Shown: positions 25,751 through 39,740 of the stretch, one piece after another
Layout: each line of letters starts with the position of its first letter
How positions within the stretch are numbered: the first letter of the stretch is position 1
NCBI RefSeq assembly: GCF_030684315.1
Contig: NC_081378.1
Location: forward strand, 39,428,191-39,492,190
Source of the DNA: Stegostoma tigrinum
Lineage: Eukaryota
Reading direction: 5' to 3'
DNA length: 64,000 nucleotides
Position numbers and translations under genes: made by a program
Notes under the pieces: model-generated
Told to the model about the DNA's origin: nothing
Databases searched by the model: none
Seen by the model: only the letters and a program-made list of their open reading frames with translations

Positions 25751-26699
25751 GCATTATCTGCTAAAGGTAGCCTCCCTGCACCCCACCGTAAATGTCAGGG
25801 GGCTTTAATTCTTTTTTTTCACAAGTGTGCATTTAATTGTGGTGTGAAAGTTGCTGCAAATTCCAGTCGTAATCCCAGTATCACCTCTTAGAGCTGCTGG
25901 CCATTAGATGCTGGCAGCTACACAGGACAGTTGATGACTGCTGGCACTGTGGAAGGACCAAGAGGATGAGCGCCTATGGATGTCCCAGATCTCTAGTGTC
26001 TGGGCTATCTTGGGGCTGGCTAACAGGCTCTGGTGAGGGAGATTTTCATCTGCAGGAAATACTTGGCAGATCCTACGGCATCCATGAAGGGAAACGATGA
26101 TCTGTTCTAATGACAGATGAGCTTTTGAAAGGTAAACTTTATCATTCACAGATGTTGCCAGTCCTGTTGAGTATTTCCAGCAGTGTGGATTTTATTTCAC
26201 GCAAGATATGTTACACTAAATCACAGGAAATGAAACTAATTTGGTGGGAATAGTGGTGTGGGATAGGATTCGGTAATTGACACTGAAATTGCAGATCCTA
26301 GGCAATTGCTAAATGCCAAACAGTTTTCAGAATTTGGAAGTCTAGAAGATCTCTATTCTTGAAATAGGCATCAATGGCATCAGAACATCAAAGCTGTGTG
26401 GTCTGTTTTCAAATCTTTTGGATTGGAAGATCTAACTTAATTTTACTTTGCAAAATGTTATGGATGATTAGCACTTTGCTCAGTCATTCCTCAAAGGAAC
26501 ACTTTTGTTAAATTTAAAAAGATGCACAGAAATTTTATTCCATGGGCCTTGCTGCTCCCCTTGTGTGAGAAATGGGAGTTTTTCCTGAATTATTTGATGT
26601 CTTAAGATTCTTGCACAGTTTCATGAGTGAAAATTCACAAAATTGTGAATTTTCTGCATGCTCCAAATGAGAGTCTGTCTTAAAAGTGTTATGATATAG

Positions 26700-26820
26700 C
26701 AATGCCAGTGTTGGACTGGGGTGGACAAAGTCAGAAGTGACATGACACCAGGTTGTAGTTCAACAGATTCATTTGAAACCATAAGCTTCCATAGCACTGC
26801 TCCTTTGTCAGATGAAGCCA
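26700..26820 (-). mobile_element. Short PLE-type terminus (family C) with decayed hammerhead-like motif
   Basis: Minus strand cat CTGACAA A GGAGC agt GCTAT GGAA GCTT atg has the same layout as the other motifs, but the core is mutated. Confidence 0.5.
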
Positions 26821-28023
26821 CTTGTTAACATACAAATAGAAACAATTCAGCAAGCCTGTAGTAATTAATAGTGAGGAAACCATTTAATATTTCATGCAGA
26901 TATTATTCTTATATTGTTTGTTCATGAACTGAAAGACAGATATATGCATTGGAAGGGAGTAAAGGTTGTGGTTTAGTCTGAGCATCAGTGGTTGAAAATA
27001 TATAATTTTGTACAGAAATAATAAAGATTCCTCAATGTCATTGGAAAGCAGAGACAAAGTAATAAAATAAAAAATGTATATATTTTAGCAAATGTGTGTA
27101 AAGGGCGCAAATGCATGCTTCAACACAAATTTCAGGCTAGGAATTGGAAAACAAACTTGGGCTTCAGGCAAAGGAATAAAATGAGTTTGAATCTCTAAGG
27201 ATATACTTAAGACTTCGGACAAAAGAAACATACTGTCAGAATATTGAATACATTAGAAGGCAATGCATCACTAACTTCTCTGCTTTTTAGATGAATTTCT
27301 AACATGTTGCATTGACTTATTATCACATGTTATTTATCCAGTCATTTATTTAGCTGTGTCAGAAAAATGATGTACTTTTATGATTGGTTGAGTTCTGGTT
27401 ATTTAAGGAAATGAGCAAATCATTATATCTGTTGTTTTCAAGGTGCAAGGCTTTAAATCACAAAGATAGATGGATGAATTGATGTGGACTGTAACAGGCT
27501 ATTCACAGAGAGATCTGCATACATCATTCGCTTCCGAACACATTAGCCGGTTAAATGGCTGATAGGAGTTGCCCCCACCAGCGGCAGCTCGACTTCAACT
27601 TTTAAACCAGAGAAGGAATTCCTTTCATTTGTCTAACTTCCACAAAATGTGGTCCAAAGTGCATTTCAAACTAAAAATTCTGACAAGTGAAAATTAGTGA
27701 AATTCACATTCATTCAACTTTTGGACCTCAGTGAAATCATTATAACATCTGCTCCCCCTTTATAACTTTCTGAATGGAGAGATCCCTCTTTGTTGAGAAT
27801 CCTGTGCCAATGACCCCAGTGTCAAGAAGGGAGGGCCAACCACTGTCCTTGCCTTTGACTTCTGTGACCTGCCTTCAATTCCCTTTCTCCAGAGTTCCAA
27901 CAACAATCCTGCTGAAATGCTTGCAGCAAAATTGAGAGCAGCCACTGCTCTTGGTGTCACTATCAGCAGTGGAGAGTTTTTCATTTCTGATTAGTCAGCA
28001 GCATTCTGCAATGGATTTCTACT

Positions 28024-28173
28024 GATAGTAGGGACTGCAGCTGCTGAAGAATCTTCTTTAATCCCCTTTTTTTTCTTCTGAAGGAGGGTCTAGGCCCAAA
28101 ACATCAGCCTTCCTGCTCCTCTGATGCTGCTTGGCCTGCTGTGTTCATCCAGCTCTACACTTTTTATTATCTG
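28024..28173. mobile_element. Mini-PLE (inverted tail plus terminus) with 11-bp TSD
   Basis: ggatttctact at 28013-28023 and 28174-28184; family A tail sequence. Confidence 0.8.
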
Positions 28174-29246
28174 GGATTTCTACTTCTGGAATTCCTGAAT
28201 CCCAGAGAAGGTTTAACCCTGGCTAGTTAAGTGCAGACAGCCACATGATTAGATTGAGATTTCCTCATGGAAGCATTGCGTGCAGATAAAGGATGTGTGA
28301 CATAACCTTTAGCTTTTTATTTAATAAAGCACAAGGCATATAATATCTCTGAATTATTGTGTGATCATGCTGAGGTTGTACAGAGAAGTGAATCTGACCT
28401 TACATTAGTGAGCATTAACATTTCATGAACTAATCACACTACATACATAGTGACTAAGGGAGAGAGCTCCTTGAATAACACTGGCTTAGTCCTAGTTCCC
28501 AGTAAATGCTGATGTTTGCAAGCATTGCTGACATTTACTGCTCATTAGTACAATAGGATTTAGTCATTATCCTTCAAGAATTGACTTCATTTATCTTGTT
28601 TCATTTCATTTACCTTAAATCTTCAGATGAAATAATACGTATTTAACCCTATCACTAGAAACATGTATACAGGGCACTACTAGAGGAAACAATGAGCATG
28701 GCTTATTCAAGTCTGTTCACATTTCTGGGCCTTAAAAGTATGCAAAAACCCCGACTCACTGAGATATTGCATTATTTTTCCCAGGACTGTCTTTTCTGAC
28801 CTAGTTCCTGCTGTATTCAGTACTATTGGGCATCTAATCCCTAGTTCTTTGAACACTTCACTAGACAGTAAAGAGAGTTCCCTCAGGATACCATTGCTTC
28901 CTATACTTGTTTCTCCCCAGGCTGTAACAGTTCTCATACCAGCCTTTGATGTTGTACTCCATAGTAAAAGAAATTTATTCCTTTCTGTGCTACAACAATA
29001 CCCCCCTTACTCTCCCCACTGCTCTGAACGAGGGTTAGCTTCTTAAAAGCCTGTCCCTATTCAGAAAAAATTCAGCTGTGAAATTATCTTTTTTAGTGGC
29101 ATCAGTGTTATTGAGGAGAAAGGAACATTGTATTTATGCCTATTCTGGTATATTTGATGCACTGTTTTTGCTCTTCATTAGAATATTGTCCTAACATTTC
29201 TATCTATATATCATCACTGATTTTCTTTTCTCTTCTCTGCTTGTAG

Positions 29247-29320
29247 CAATGGAGGAATTAGATGGGGATGAGATTAGAATATCATCACGAGGAAGATATG
29301 CTGAGAGAGACATAGTTCAG
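29247..29320 (+). CDS. CPNE8: Copine-8 coding exon ([25 protein letters not shown])
   Basis: Long polypyrimidine tract, acceptor ttgtag|CA and donor CAG|gtaaga; 74 bp, phase 1 to 0. Confidence 0.95.
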
Positions 29321-29899
29321 GTAAGACCTTGAAGAGAATGTTATGAAAATCCATAGAATTCAAAGATTAAATGAACTTTTATTTTAAATATCACACTCAC
29401 ACATGCTAATCACTTGGAAGTCATTGCAATAATTCTTCATTATCTCAGTAAGCACATGCTAATACAATTTTTTTTTAAAAGTATAAATATAATAGAAACA
29501 ATAAAACTTGATGTTTTATTAAATCAATTTCTCTCCCTTTCTGCATGTTCTTTTGAGCTGGTTTTTTCCTGATTAACACATACTGAAGTTTTGGAGACTG
29601 AGCTGTTCATGGGCCTTTAGGATATTGGTGGATCAGGTAGCTTTTTATGATAATCCACAATGGTTGCACAGTAACCATTTTATTGTAGATTTTCATTCAA
29701 TTCATATTTCTCCATCTGCCAATGTGGGATTCAAACCCATGTTCAGGATTAGTAGTCCAGTGTCAATACCATGGCAGTGCTCTCTTTCCTCATGAGACTT
29801 AAGAATATCACTTGAAGTAGATGTCAGTGAGTCTTAAACTGCTTTTCTCGTTCATTTCACGTTGCAGATGTCGGGTTGTGATTAGAGGAAGCCAAAGGA

Positions 29900-30088
29900 A
29901 ATGTCCCAGAACATCAGGGATTTAGGTTGAAAACCTGCATGGACCAGAGGTTAGCAGGTTAGGAAGACTGGCTATGGTAAATGTAAGGTTATGGGGATAG
30001 TATGGGGGTTGGGTTGGGATGCTCAATAGAGGGTCAGTGAAGTATCAATGTGCCCAAATGGCACCTCTGCACTGTAGGGATTCTATGG
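29900..30088 (+). mobile_element. HE1-like SINE 3' fragment
   Basis: gcaggttagg...gggtcagtg...ctctgcactgtagggattctatg tail. Confidence 0.6.
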
Positions 30089-31127
30089 TACTAAATCATT
30101 TCTCCTGAATAGCTGCAGGATGGAAAAGATCTTCCAAGTGTTCTTGTCTAAATTCCTGAAGGTTTCAGGTTTTTTTTTGTTTAATAGAACAATTATCCAA
30201 ATGAATGCCAGTTGATCCCAGCAGATACAAATCTGATATTATTATTACAAACAGTGGGCAAGAGGAACACCAGGAGAGCTGCTGACAGGGTAAGGGAGAT
30301 TGTGAGGCCAGGCCAATTTGACTGAAACTAAGATCTGGATTTTTGCTCCGGGGTCAGTTGTGCAGAGATGGGCAAATTCCTGCGTCCTTGTGCCTGGATG
30401 TCAGGTTTTCAGTCCAGGCAACGCAGACTTTAGGGTATCAGGGAAGATGACCTCAGAGGAACTGAGGAGATTGTCAGGTGCAAGGCCTGTCTCGGGGATC
30501 TGGCACTGAATCTGAAGTATAGAAATGGAAAAAAAACTAAATATAAAATCCCTTCAGCCTTTACCTCTCACTTTCATACTCTCAGTGCCGCATCTATTCT
30601 GACCCATGTCTCTTCGTGCCAAGCTATGCCCTCCCAAGCAACGTTGTGGTCCCTCATGCCTGCATGCAAATTTATGCCTTTCAATCTACCCTTATGCCAA
30701 CTTACGGCAAACTCAGGCCAAACCCATGGCTGTCCACCACATTTTGTCTTAAGCCTATCATGCCAGCTCAACTAATATCCACAATGGTCGGATTTTGGGA
30801 TATACAGAGATAAAATAAAATAAAGTTCTAAATGCAGGCCTTGCTGTGTTGGCAAAAATAAAACACTCATTCATAAAACCTATTTTCTACAATTACATTA
30901 TATTAACTAAATAAGGCCTTATAACAGCAACCATTTCATTCATGTGTACAATTTATTTAATAAAAGCATCAACAAGTTTATAAACCCGAATAGCGTATTG
31001 AAGTCTGAAATTAAGGAACACCATTTTGAGAATGAATGTTTATGAAATCAAACGTAATAATCCAATAATGGAAACCCTTGGGCATACACCAACAAATTGA
31101 AAGAAATGCTAAAGAATAGAGAGTCAT

Positions 31128-31313
31128 TTAGCTCAGATGGCTGGACATCAGGTTTGCAATGTCAAGTGAAGCCAAAGGTGTACCACACCAGCTAAAATCA
31201 CCTTCTGAATGTCATCCCTCACTTGAGGCAGATGACCCTCAGATTAAACTCATCGTCACCAACTCTCATGAGAGAGCAGCACTGTGGTCCTCTAGAGCTG
31301 TGATGACTTTACT
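31128..31313 (+). mobile_element. Decayed tRNA-derived SINE
   Basis: ttagctcagatggctgga head; homologous to 105-278. Confidence 0.55.
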
Positions 31314-33339
31314 AGTAAAGAGTCTTTTTTAAATATGGGAGACTTGCTTTTGAAGATTGAAAGTATAGGATTTTTAAAGTTTGACAGCTTCCTTTTAAAA
31401 GCTGCTTTGAACAATTCTGTCAGTTGATTTTGACAGGTCGATCCTTAGGTCCAATCGACTTCACTGTAATGCGTTTGTGAACTTCTTATGCACATTTATA
31501 TCTAGTTTTAGCAATCCCGAAGGGAACCTTAAGTTCATCCAAGGTGCCCTTGAAACAGATCTGTACGGTTACCTGACCATGCTGAAAGGGTGCCCTGGTT
31601 TTCTAACGTTCAGGACTGCTCTTACCAGGTCTACCCTGCACACATCAGGCTTCAACATTCATAGCTACCAAAATCCTATTTTAAATCTTGACCTGACTCC
31701 ATTCCTTCTTTTGCGAGAATGGTGAAGTTTGACATGACAGAGAGACTGTCTGCTGTAATAAAAATCCAGACCACAGTCTAATGAAACATCCACAAGACAC
31801 TGATTCCTTCCTGTTGTTTCTTTCTCTTGTAATTTATTATTCAGCAATAGCATTAGAATGATAAAATTATTGAATCCAGTATAGAAATTCCCCTTGTAAT
31901 GAGTTGTATTTTCATTCAGCAGCTAATTTATCTGTCATAAATTATTAATGAGACAGTATTTCAACTCTTCCAATAAGAGACATCACTCCTCAGGGAATTA
32001 AATAGGTATTGTGCTATCAATATTCCAGTAATTCACTTTTAAATGCAGCAAAAACCTATTAATTAGAATAACATAAGTTTCAGAACAATCACCATCAATA
32101 TTAGGAGGCTGACCTTTGCCCTTCAAGGGGCCTTGTAATAAATAAAAGAAATATTAACGCATTAAGAAATCTGGACCAATTAAGTAGCTATGTCAGAAAT
32201 GACATGGAGTTTAATGTAGATTAATGTAAGGTTTCCACAGCAGTTTGGCAAACATTAAAATGGAACACAATAAAAAAAATTCATCACCAAAAATGGCAAA
32301 GGGAAATGATTTAAAGTTATTAAGCTTTTCGTCAAAAAATTAACATAATATCAAACTATTGTCATCAGATCTATTCCGATGATATATTTTGAGCATGTTT
32401 TATCAAATTGCAGAACCCATTCTAACCATGTTTAAATCAGGATGAGACCATTTGTAGAAAGATCTAAACTTACGTCATGCCGTTTCATGCAACTTTCAAC
32501 AGAACATGAATATATTATTCAAAAACATGGAAAAATAATTCTGGAATTTAGAACTCGAAACCGGTGGAATAATTTGAATTTTGCGTGTTTTCTTATGAGC
32601 TGATTTTTATGGATTAATCCCTTTAATTGTAAATTTGCCAAATTTCCCTTCCTGTTCCTGAGTTGGCACTGTCAATAGTTCCTCTTTGTTGGTATATTCT
32701 CCTTTCCATAATAACCACTGTTTATCACACTCTTCAGAAACCCACTGATAATCCTTGTTGATAGTGTCAACAGTTATGGGCGTATGTAGGCAGCTGTAGT
32801 AAAGACCACAACTGGAATCAGCACAATATTATTGATGGCATAGCAGGCTCAAGGGGCAAATGATTTTCTGCAGTTCTTAATTCATATGTCTAATGATTGC
32901 TATGCCTTGCAATCTTCCACCTCTTCTCTAAACTCTTCATGTTGTATAGGGTGATGTATAAAAGAGTTGGTGATCCAGCTACATTTAGATCCACCTAATC
33001 TAATATGTTTACAGTTATAATTACAAAGACTGTGTAGTAAATGCAGCTTATACATATGGTTATCTTGCAACAAATTGCATCTTGTTGTGCATGACAAAGT
33101 GTCTCTGCTAATTAAACATCGTGAGTGCCTATGTTTTATCCAATCATAGGATGTGGGTGTCTCTTGTATGAGGCAGCTTTTATTGCCCGTCTCTAATTGC
33201 ACTTGAGAAGGTGGTGGTGAGCTGACTTCTTGAACTTTCTCTACCTCTTATCATGAGTCTGAGTGTAAAAGGGGATATTCCATCAGGGATCTGGGATGGA
33301 CAGTGCTGCATATGGCATTCCTTTGCTGTAATTGATTAA

Positions 33340-33735
33340 TTTTACTGGGTACTAGGTCACATGAAGTTTTTGTGATTTATGGGAGAATAATTTTCCACGT
33401 TAATGTTGAATGTTTTTGTTTGCAGCAGCTCTTTAAATTTTTGAAGAGCCGCTCTTAAATTTTTGGCTGCCTTTTAGCTCCATAGTCCTAAGCGATGGAT
33501 ATCCTGTGCAGAGAGGACCAGGCAGACTAGAGGGCCTTGTGGACCTGCTCCTGGGTTTGGCCAAAGTGGCCATTAATAGGCCCAGACAAAGGGCCATGTA
33601 GTACATGGCTGTCTATCCCTCTTCATGGTTATGCCTGCACTCAGTTGTCCGTGGGGAGGGAACACGTCTTAACCACCAACATGATCGAGGATTTTGAATG
33701 GACATCGTAGGGGCTGGGGGCATCATCACCCAGGG
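33340..33735 (+). mobile_element. Tx1/L1-clade LINE 3' fragment
   Basis: Encodes LVDLLLGLAKVAINRPRQRAM (~33535-33598), resembling recalled Tx1-type ORF2 C-termini. Confidence 0.5.
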
Positions 33736-33977
33736 TGGGTTATAATATGAACCAATGCTGAACCTAAGTCCGCTGCGCAGACTATGTAGAAACTGAATGA
33801 GGATTTTTGCTGAAATTTTAACCATGCTAACTATGGTGAAAGTGAAGATTTGTAAGACCAGTGGAAAAGTCAAAGGAAAGGCATTGAAAAACATCACAGC
33901 AGTTATTTTAAGCTGTAATTTGTGTGGTTGGTAATAGTGGTTTGTAAAACTCAGCCATAACAGATGATGTATATCTC

Positions 33978-34070
33978 TTCTGAAGAAGAGTCACTGGACC
34001 CGAAATGTTAACTCCCTTTCTCTCCACAGTCGGAGCTGTTGAATTTTTTTTCAGTAATTTCTGATTTTAT
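33978..34070 (+). mobile_element. PLE family B terminus with hammerhead core
   Basis: CTGAAGA A GAGTC actg GACCC GAAA TGTT aact at 33980-34013. Confidence 0.75.
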
Positions 34071-34567
34071 ATCTCTCCAAATTAGATTTAAAGTATCGCT
34101 CTCAAATTGCATATTTCTAGTGAGTGGTTGGTCACTGGGGACTTCAAGTGGTGGTAGACTTCAAATTGTAGCTGCATGTCCAGGACAATGTTTCTCATGG
34201 AAGCTTGGCATTAGCTATGAACTGCCATGCCAAACGGATGAGCTAGAGAATTGCCTGAAATTGGCCCATTTGCTTTTGTGGCAAGCAACTGGTGTGCTGG
34301 GAATGTCAGTTGTATCCCTGTTGGGAGCACAATGATTGCAAAGAGGATTAGGTTGACCTGCGAGGATGGTGTAATCAGGACCTGCAACCAGTTTAGGAGG
34401 ATAGTAATAGACAGTTGTGACTGTGTGGGCTGGGGAATGATAAGCAACAGCAGCCACAGCCCATAGTTTAATGTGGAACCAGGAGGAGTAGATTTCTTAC
34501 ATACCTTTTTACTGACACCTTCAGGCTACCATTTTGTCTGAGAAAACTACTTGTAACTTGCATGATG

Positions 34568-34950
34568 GGGAGGCAGTGACCTAGAGGCAGTGTCATTGGG
34601 ATAGTAATCCAGAGGGCCAGGTGAATGCTTTAGGGACATGAATTTGAATCCCATCATGGCAGAAAGAGAAATTTAAACCCAATGGAAAAAGGAAGTTGTC
34701 TTAACAGCAACCAGGTAATCATTGTCAATTGGCATAAGAACCCATCTGGTTCACTAAAGTCCTTTAGAGAGGGAAATCCATCATCCTTACCTGCTGTGGT
34801 CTACATGTGACTCCACACATACAGAAGTGTGGTAGAACCTTAACTGCCCTCTGAAATGGCTCTACTACGATGCTCCAATCAAGAGGCAATTAAGGATGGG
34901 CACTAAATGCTGGCCCAGCCAATGACACCCACGTCTCACGAATGAATAAC
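34568..34950 (+). mobile_element. Near full-length tRNA-headed SINE
   Basis: gggaggcagtgacctagagg...tttgaatccc head and aaatgctggcccagccaatgacacccac...gaatgaataa tail. Related copies at 12650, 29580-29780(-), 52140-52420(-) and 52490-52770(-). Confidence 0.75.
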
Positions 34951-35567
34951 AAAGACATTAAATTCTGGAGACAGTTACAATTAAAAATCTGAGTGTGGCC
35001 TGAGATGAGCATTGGACCATTTATTTACATGTGCCATTTGGATAGGGTCATTACTAATGACGTGGAATGAACATGTGCATATTTTATGTTCCATCAGACT
35101 CCTCAGTGCCCAGTTTTACCTGGTTCAATTTGTAGTCTCACGGATTCCAATGCACGTTTTAAATATCTTACAACTGAAGAAAGCTTTGTGCTCTACTATG
35201 GCGATAATGCATCAATGCAAATATAAATTTGATTTACATTGACTATCCATTTGCACACCAATTAACAGTAAATTGTATGGAATGATGAATACTACAGTAA
35301 AGACTTAACTGCTAATTTTTTGTGATCGATGCATTCACACACTGATGAAATGGTAGGAAATTTTGTTTCTTTCCTGCACTTGGTATAACCACCTGGTGAG
35401 GAAAGGAACAAATCCTTTCATTTTCAGGCTGGAATTGCTCTGAATTTTTCATTTTTTCAGAAATCAGTCATAACAAAAACATGAATTAACTTTTAACATT
35501 TTCCCAGTGCAGTTCCTTAGTAATATTTGAAGTCCCATTGTTCATAATTTAAAAATGTGTTTTTCAG

Positions 35568-35756
35568 TTTGTGCCTTTCCGGGACTATGTTGACAGAACT
35601 GGAAACCATGTGCTGAGCATGGCTCGACTTGCAAAGGATGTCTTAGCTGAGATTCCGGAACAGTTTCTCTCTTATATGAAGTCAAGAGGAATTAAGCCTT
35701 CTCCTGCTCCACCCCCCTACACTCCTCCAGGTTATCCTTTGCAGACACAGCTTTAA
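35568..35756 (+). CDS. CPNE8: Copine-8 terminal coding exon ([62 protein letters not shown])
   Basis: Acceptor tttttcag|TTT and TAA stop. The [14 protein letters not shown] tail matches recalled CPNE8 rather than CPNE5 or CPNE9. Confidence 0.93.
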   Translation, partial: FVPFRDYVDRTGNHVLSMARLAKDVLAEIPEQFLSYMKSRGIKPSPAPPPYTPPGYPLQTQL

Positions 35757-38700
35757 CACAGGCTGATTCCAACATTCCCATTTGTCACTGATGACCTGAA
35801 CTATTTTGAGTGGTGGATTCTGCCGCTTTTTTTAAAATCAGGTTGCTATACAAAGACTTATGGGTGTTGTCAGCTCTCCACTCAGAAAGCATCCAAGAGT
35901 TTCTGCTGGATTCAGATTGCATGGTTTCAAGAATATTATCATCAGGCAAAGACTAGAGAGAGGGTGCATAAAGAAAAGTGATTTTCTTAAGGCAGAGAGA
36001 AGATCCTTGCACTTCTATCTCAATCATCTCCTTTGAAACAATGGGAATTGTGGACTTTGCTGAAGAAGCAGATGCTTTGTCAAAATTGTTATGACATGAT
36101 AAAATGAAAGAAGTTTGTTTGAAAATTAACAGAAATTGAAGTTCCAGCTTATTGTAAATAACTGAGAATGTTCAGTTCTTATTCTTTGAATGTTTACATG
36201 TTGACTTTTTACAATTGAATCGTTTTTATAGACATATACTTCCTGTAAACACAGTTTTAAATATTGTTATAATTGTGATTTGCTAGGTGTTACACCTCTA
36301 TTTACTAATGATTAACTCAGATGTTCTGGTGCACTGGTGAATCTCAAATGATAGGCCACATGATCTGGTTAGCAGTTGGTTGACAATAGACCTGACTGCT
36401 TCCTAGTGACCACTACCTGACACTTGCAATTACACCTCAAAAATGATAGTCTCCCAACCAACTCAATTGGTCAACCTTTTTGTTATTTCACCACTCTGAC
36501 AGCACAAGTGCTTCACTCTGAAAATAAAGGCATGGGAGAAGGAAGAAAGACAGAGGAGAGATTGGAAAACACCAAAAATATTGACAATGCAGGCATTACA
36601 GTCTAATCCATAACTTTTTTGTGGGCAATAAACTGTTTGATGGAGGAAGACCTGGATAAGTTTGAGAACCACTACACTATACCACGCCAATAATGTGCAA
36701 GCCTGAACCCACCAGGTAAATGTGCCAGGAAAGTAACTGCACAGGTATATGTTCTTGTGCTCATTTATTGAATTCCCCATTATTTTGTAATATGCTTGAT
36801 CAGATCTTACAGCACGTGCCCTAGCTGCATGGACACTTTTTTGGAAGAGAAATGCACTTTTGTGAGTAGTGTGCTAGATTAAATACAGTAACAATATGGC
36901 CTTAAATTCTCAGTAGATACTTACAATGACTTTTTTGCATTTTGTCTTTGGATATTGAAAAATGTTACATGTTTTTGAAACTTTTTTTGAGCCAACACCG
37001 TAGCTGCTTTTTAATTTTTTCACAGGAGTGGAACATTATTGCTTAGTTTATTTACTATTTGGCATTTATATGAAGATTTTGAACATTATAATTTCAATAA
37101 CAAACAACTTACGCAGAATGGATATGTAGGGCGATGTCAGAATATGTGACAAAACTTGTTCTGTAACTGTAAATCACTTAACTGGAAAAATTGTTTTTTA
37201 ATGGATAACCTACGTTTATTAACATATAGTACATAGAAAACAGCCAAACTTGAAACTTAACACGTTTAGTACCAAAAAATTCAAATTGCTTTGAAAACTA
37301 ATGGTAGGAATAAAAGATAAAAATTGTGTTCTTGAAGTAATTCAATGATTGTTGGATTTTGTATTCTACAGACAGTCACTAAATTACATTTGTGCCACTT
37401 GTAATGGGCCAAAACCCTTTTGTAATGTTAAAAGAAATTTTAATTTGTTTTAAAAATAATAGATTTAGCTGTGATACAAATGTTTTATGCTCATTGTCAC
37501 AGGGGAAGGTGGGACCAAGTACGCTTCACCACTTTGAGCGTTCATGAAAATTCAATTACTTTGTGACATCTTTCATGTTGTTGCAGATAACTGACAGCGT
37601 TAAAAGCGCAGTGGTGTCATCATATCACTAGTCAGTACATGTTGTTAATGAAAGAAAAGTTATAGCAAGAAAATAGCCTCAAATTCGATGCAGCACGAAC
37701 ATAGATAAATCTTACATTCTCCCTACTTACCTTTGCAACACTTGCCCCCCCCCCAAAAAACACTAAATGCAATAAATAAGGGTGAAACAAGACTTCACGT
37801 ATTGCTGATATGTATACAATGCCATGTACCTTACTGCAGAGGTACCCTTCAATCCAATATAATATACATTTAAAATAATGTACAGCATTTCTTTTATTGA
37901 TATCAAAACAACTCTGATACTGATGTGAAATTATCCACTATTTTTGTTGAATTATGTTACTAGGATCTCTGTTCCTACAAACATCTTTTTAAAACTTTTT
38001 TTTGTTCTTAATTTGTTTTGGCATCAGCTATGATTTCAGTAATTGTTTTGAAATTAAGGATTATGTTTATCTTTTTGTTACTAAAAATTACTATTTAAAA
38101 AGTTTTAAGAAGTTAATATTATTGACAGTGGCTAATGTATGTTAAAAAGGCATGTACCAATTCAAATCTTGTAATTAAGTACAATTTGGGTAGTCTTGTT
38201 GAACAGTGATTTTCAAAATCTATTGTGCTTTGAATGTTTAACACCAAATATATTGCTATATACTTTGTACGCAGTATCGTACAAACTGTTTTCATGAGAT
38301 CTTATATTGTCTATCTACAAAAGTATTACACATTATTTTAACACTGAGTAAAGAAAACTAAATTAGGTACAATTGATACTTGCTTTTCTTACATTATTTT
38401 GTGTAGACAGTCATTGGCACCAGTGAATTTGTACATTGATTATCTTAATGAATGCTAAAACAACAGTCATCATTGCCTTTCTTTTATACCTCACACTCTC
38501 GGTATCTTATATGACAGTATAATTAAATCGTATACCATTGTGCCATCTCAAAGATATGAGGAATAACTGACACAGTCTACATTATATCTGAGATATAGTA
38601 CAGATAACTGGATGGTTGTTGAACACTGAAATATATATTTCAATGGTTGCCAAATTTTTGTGTTGTTGCTAACATACTTAAGAGCATTTTAAAGGCTTAT

Positions 38701-39740
38701 CAAATCATAATCCATACAAGTTCCCATAACAGAACAACTATCACATTGAAGCCCTGAAATCTATGCTTTGGAATAACTCAAAATCAGCAATTACTACGCC
38801 AGAAATCTAGGCTGGCTTTTGGTTGTTACCAAACAGAAAACTCTGGTAATAGTTTCTGTGGAGTGTAAACTAGTTGACTTTCAGGTTGATGACCTATCAC
38901 TTGAACTAGTTTATGGAAAGATCGTCAACATGAAATAATTTTTATTTTCTCACCCTATTTCCAGCATTTTCTGATTTTATTTCAGATTTTCAGCTACTGC
39001 AATATTTGCTTTTTGATTTGGCATTGCCAGTTTTCATTTAAATAAGGAAAACATAATTTATCTCGACCCACTGAGAAACGTGCTTTCTCGTATCAAACTT
39101 TACGTTGTTTCTTTCGGAACTGAATTTGCATTCATGCCTAGAATACAATAAAAGAAACTGATCACGGAAATTATCCGCAGTAGATCTGATCCTAGATGTG
39201 CTATGGAATGCAAGGCAATATCTCAGCTAAGATGAAGCAAAATAAAAAAATTCTATAAGTGCCAGCCTAAAATTAGTGTATTTCCTTTTTTTCCATCTTT
39301 GTGTTCTCCCATTTTTATTAATAAATGGGTGATAATAGAACTTGCAGTTGTGAGATAAGTAAATGTTTCCCCTTTCCCACCAAGGACATGCTGAGTACTC
39401 TCCAGTTAGATATAGTACAAATTGCTTCCTGCCAACTGTAACAAATGGCTTCCTTATACTGCTGTAATAATGTACCAGATTGCCCTTTCCTGATTCTGTT
39501 ATAAATTCTGCTTGTCAAGCTACCACTAATGTAGTGACTATTGCCATCATCTAAGATAGTTTAACTCTCAGGCACAATGCCAGTCAAATTGCTAAGATAA
39601 TAAATCAAAGATAACTTGATAGTCACAATTTATTTAATTGACCTCTCTATTGATGATGTTGCAAATAGTTGATGGTAATGTGCCAAACGAATAAACCGAT
39701 TTTTATTCACTTTGAAATAAACATTTTTCATTTGTAATTC
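35757..39740 (+). other. CPNE8: Putative long CPNE8 3' UTR with alternative poly(A) signals
   Basis: U-rich, with no recognisable transposon until ~38820. AATAAA at 36627, 37309, 37771, 39147, 39241, 39690 and 39716. The 3' end is uncertain. Confidence 0.5.

Noticed and set aside
27572-27589. CTCF-like CCACCAGCGGCAGC
   Set aside because: One base short between AG and GGC relative to the core consensus, with no other support.
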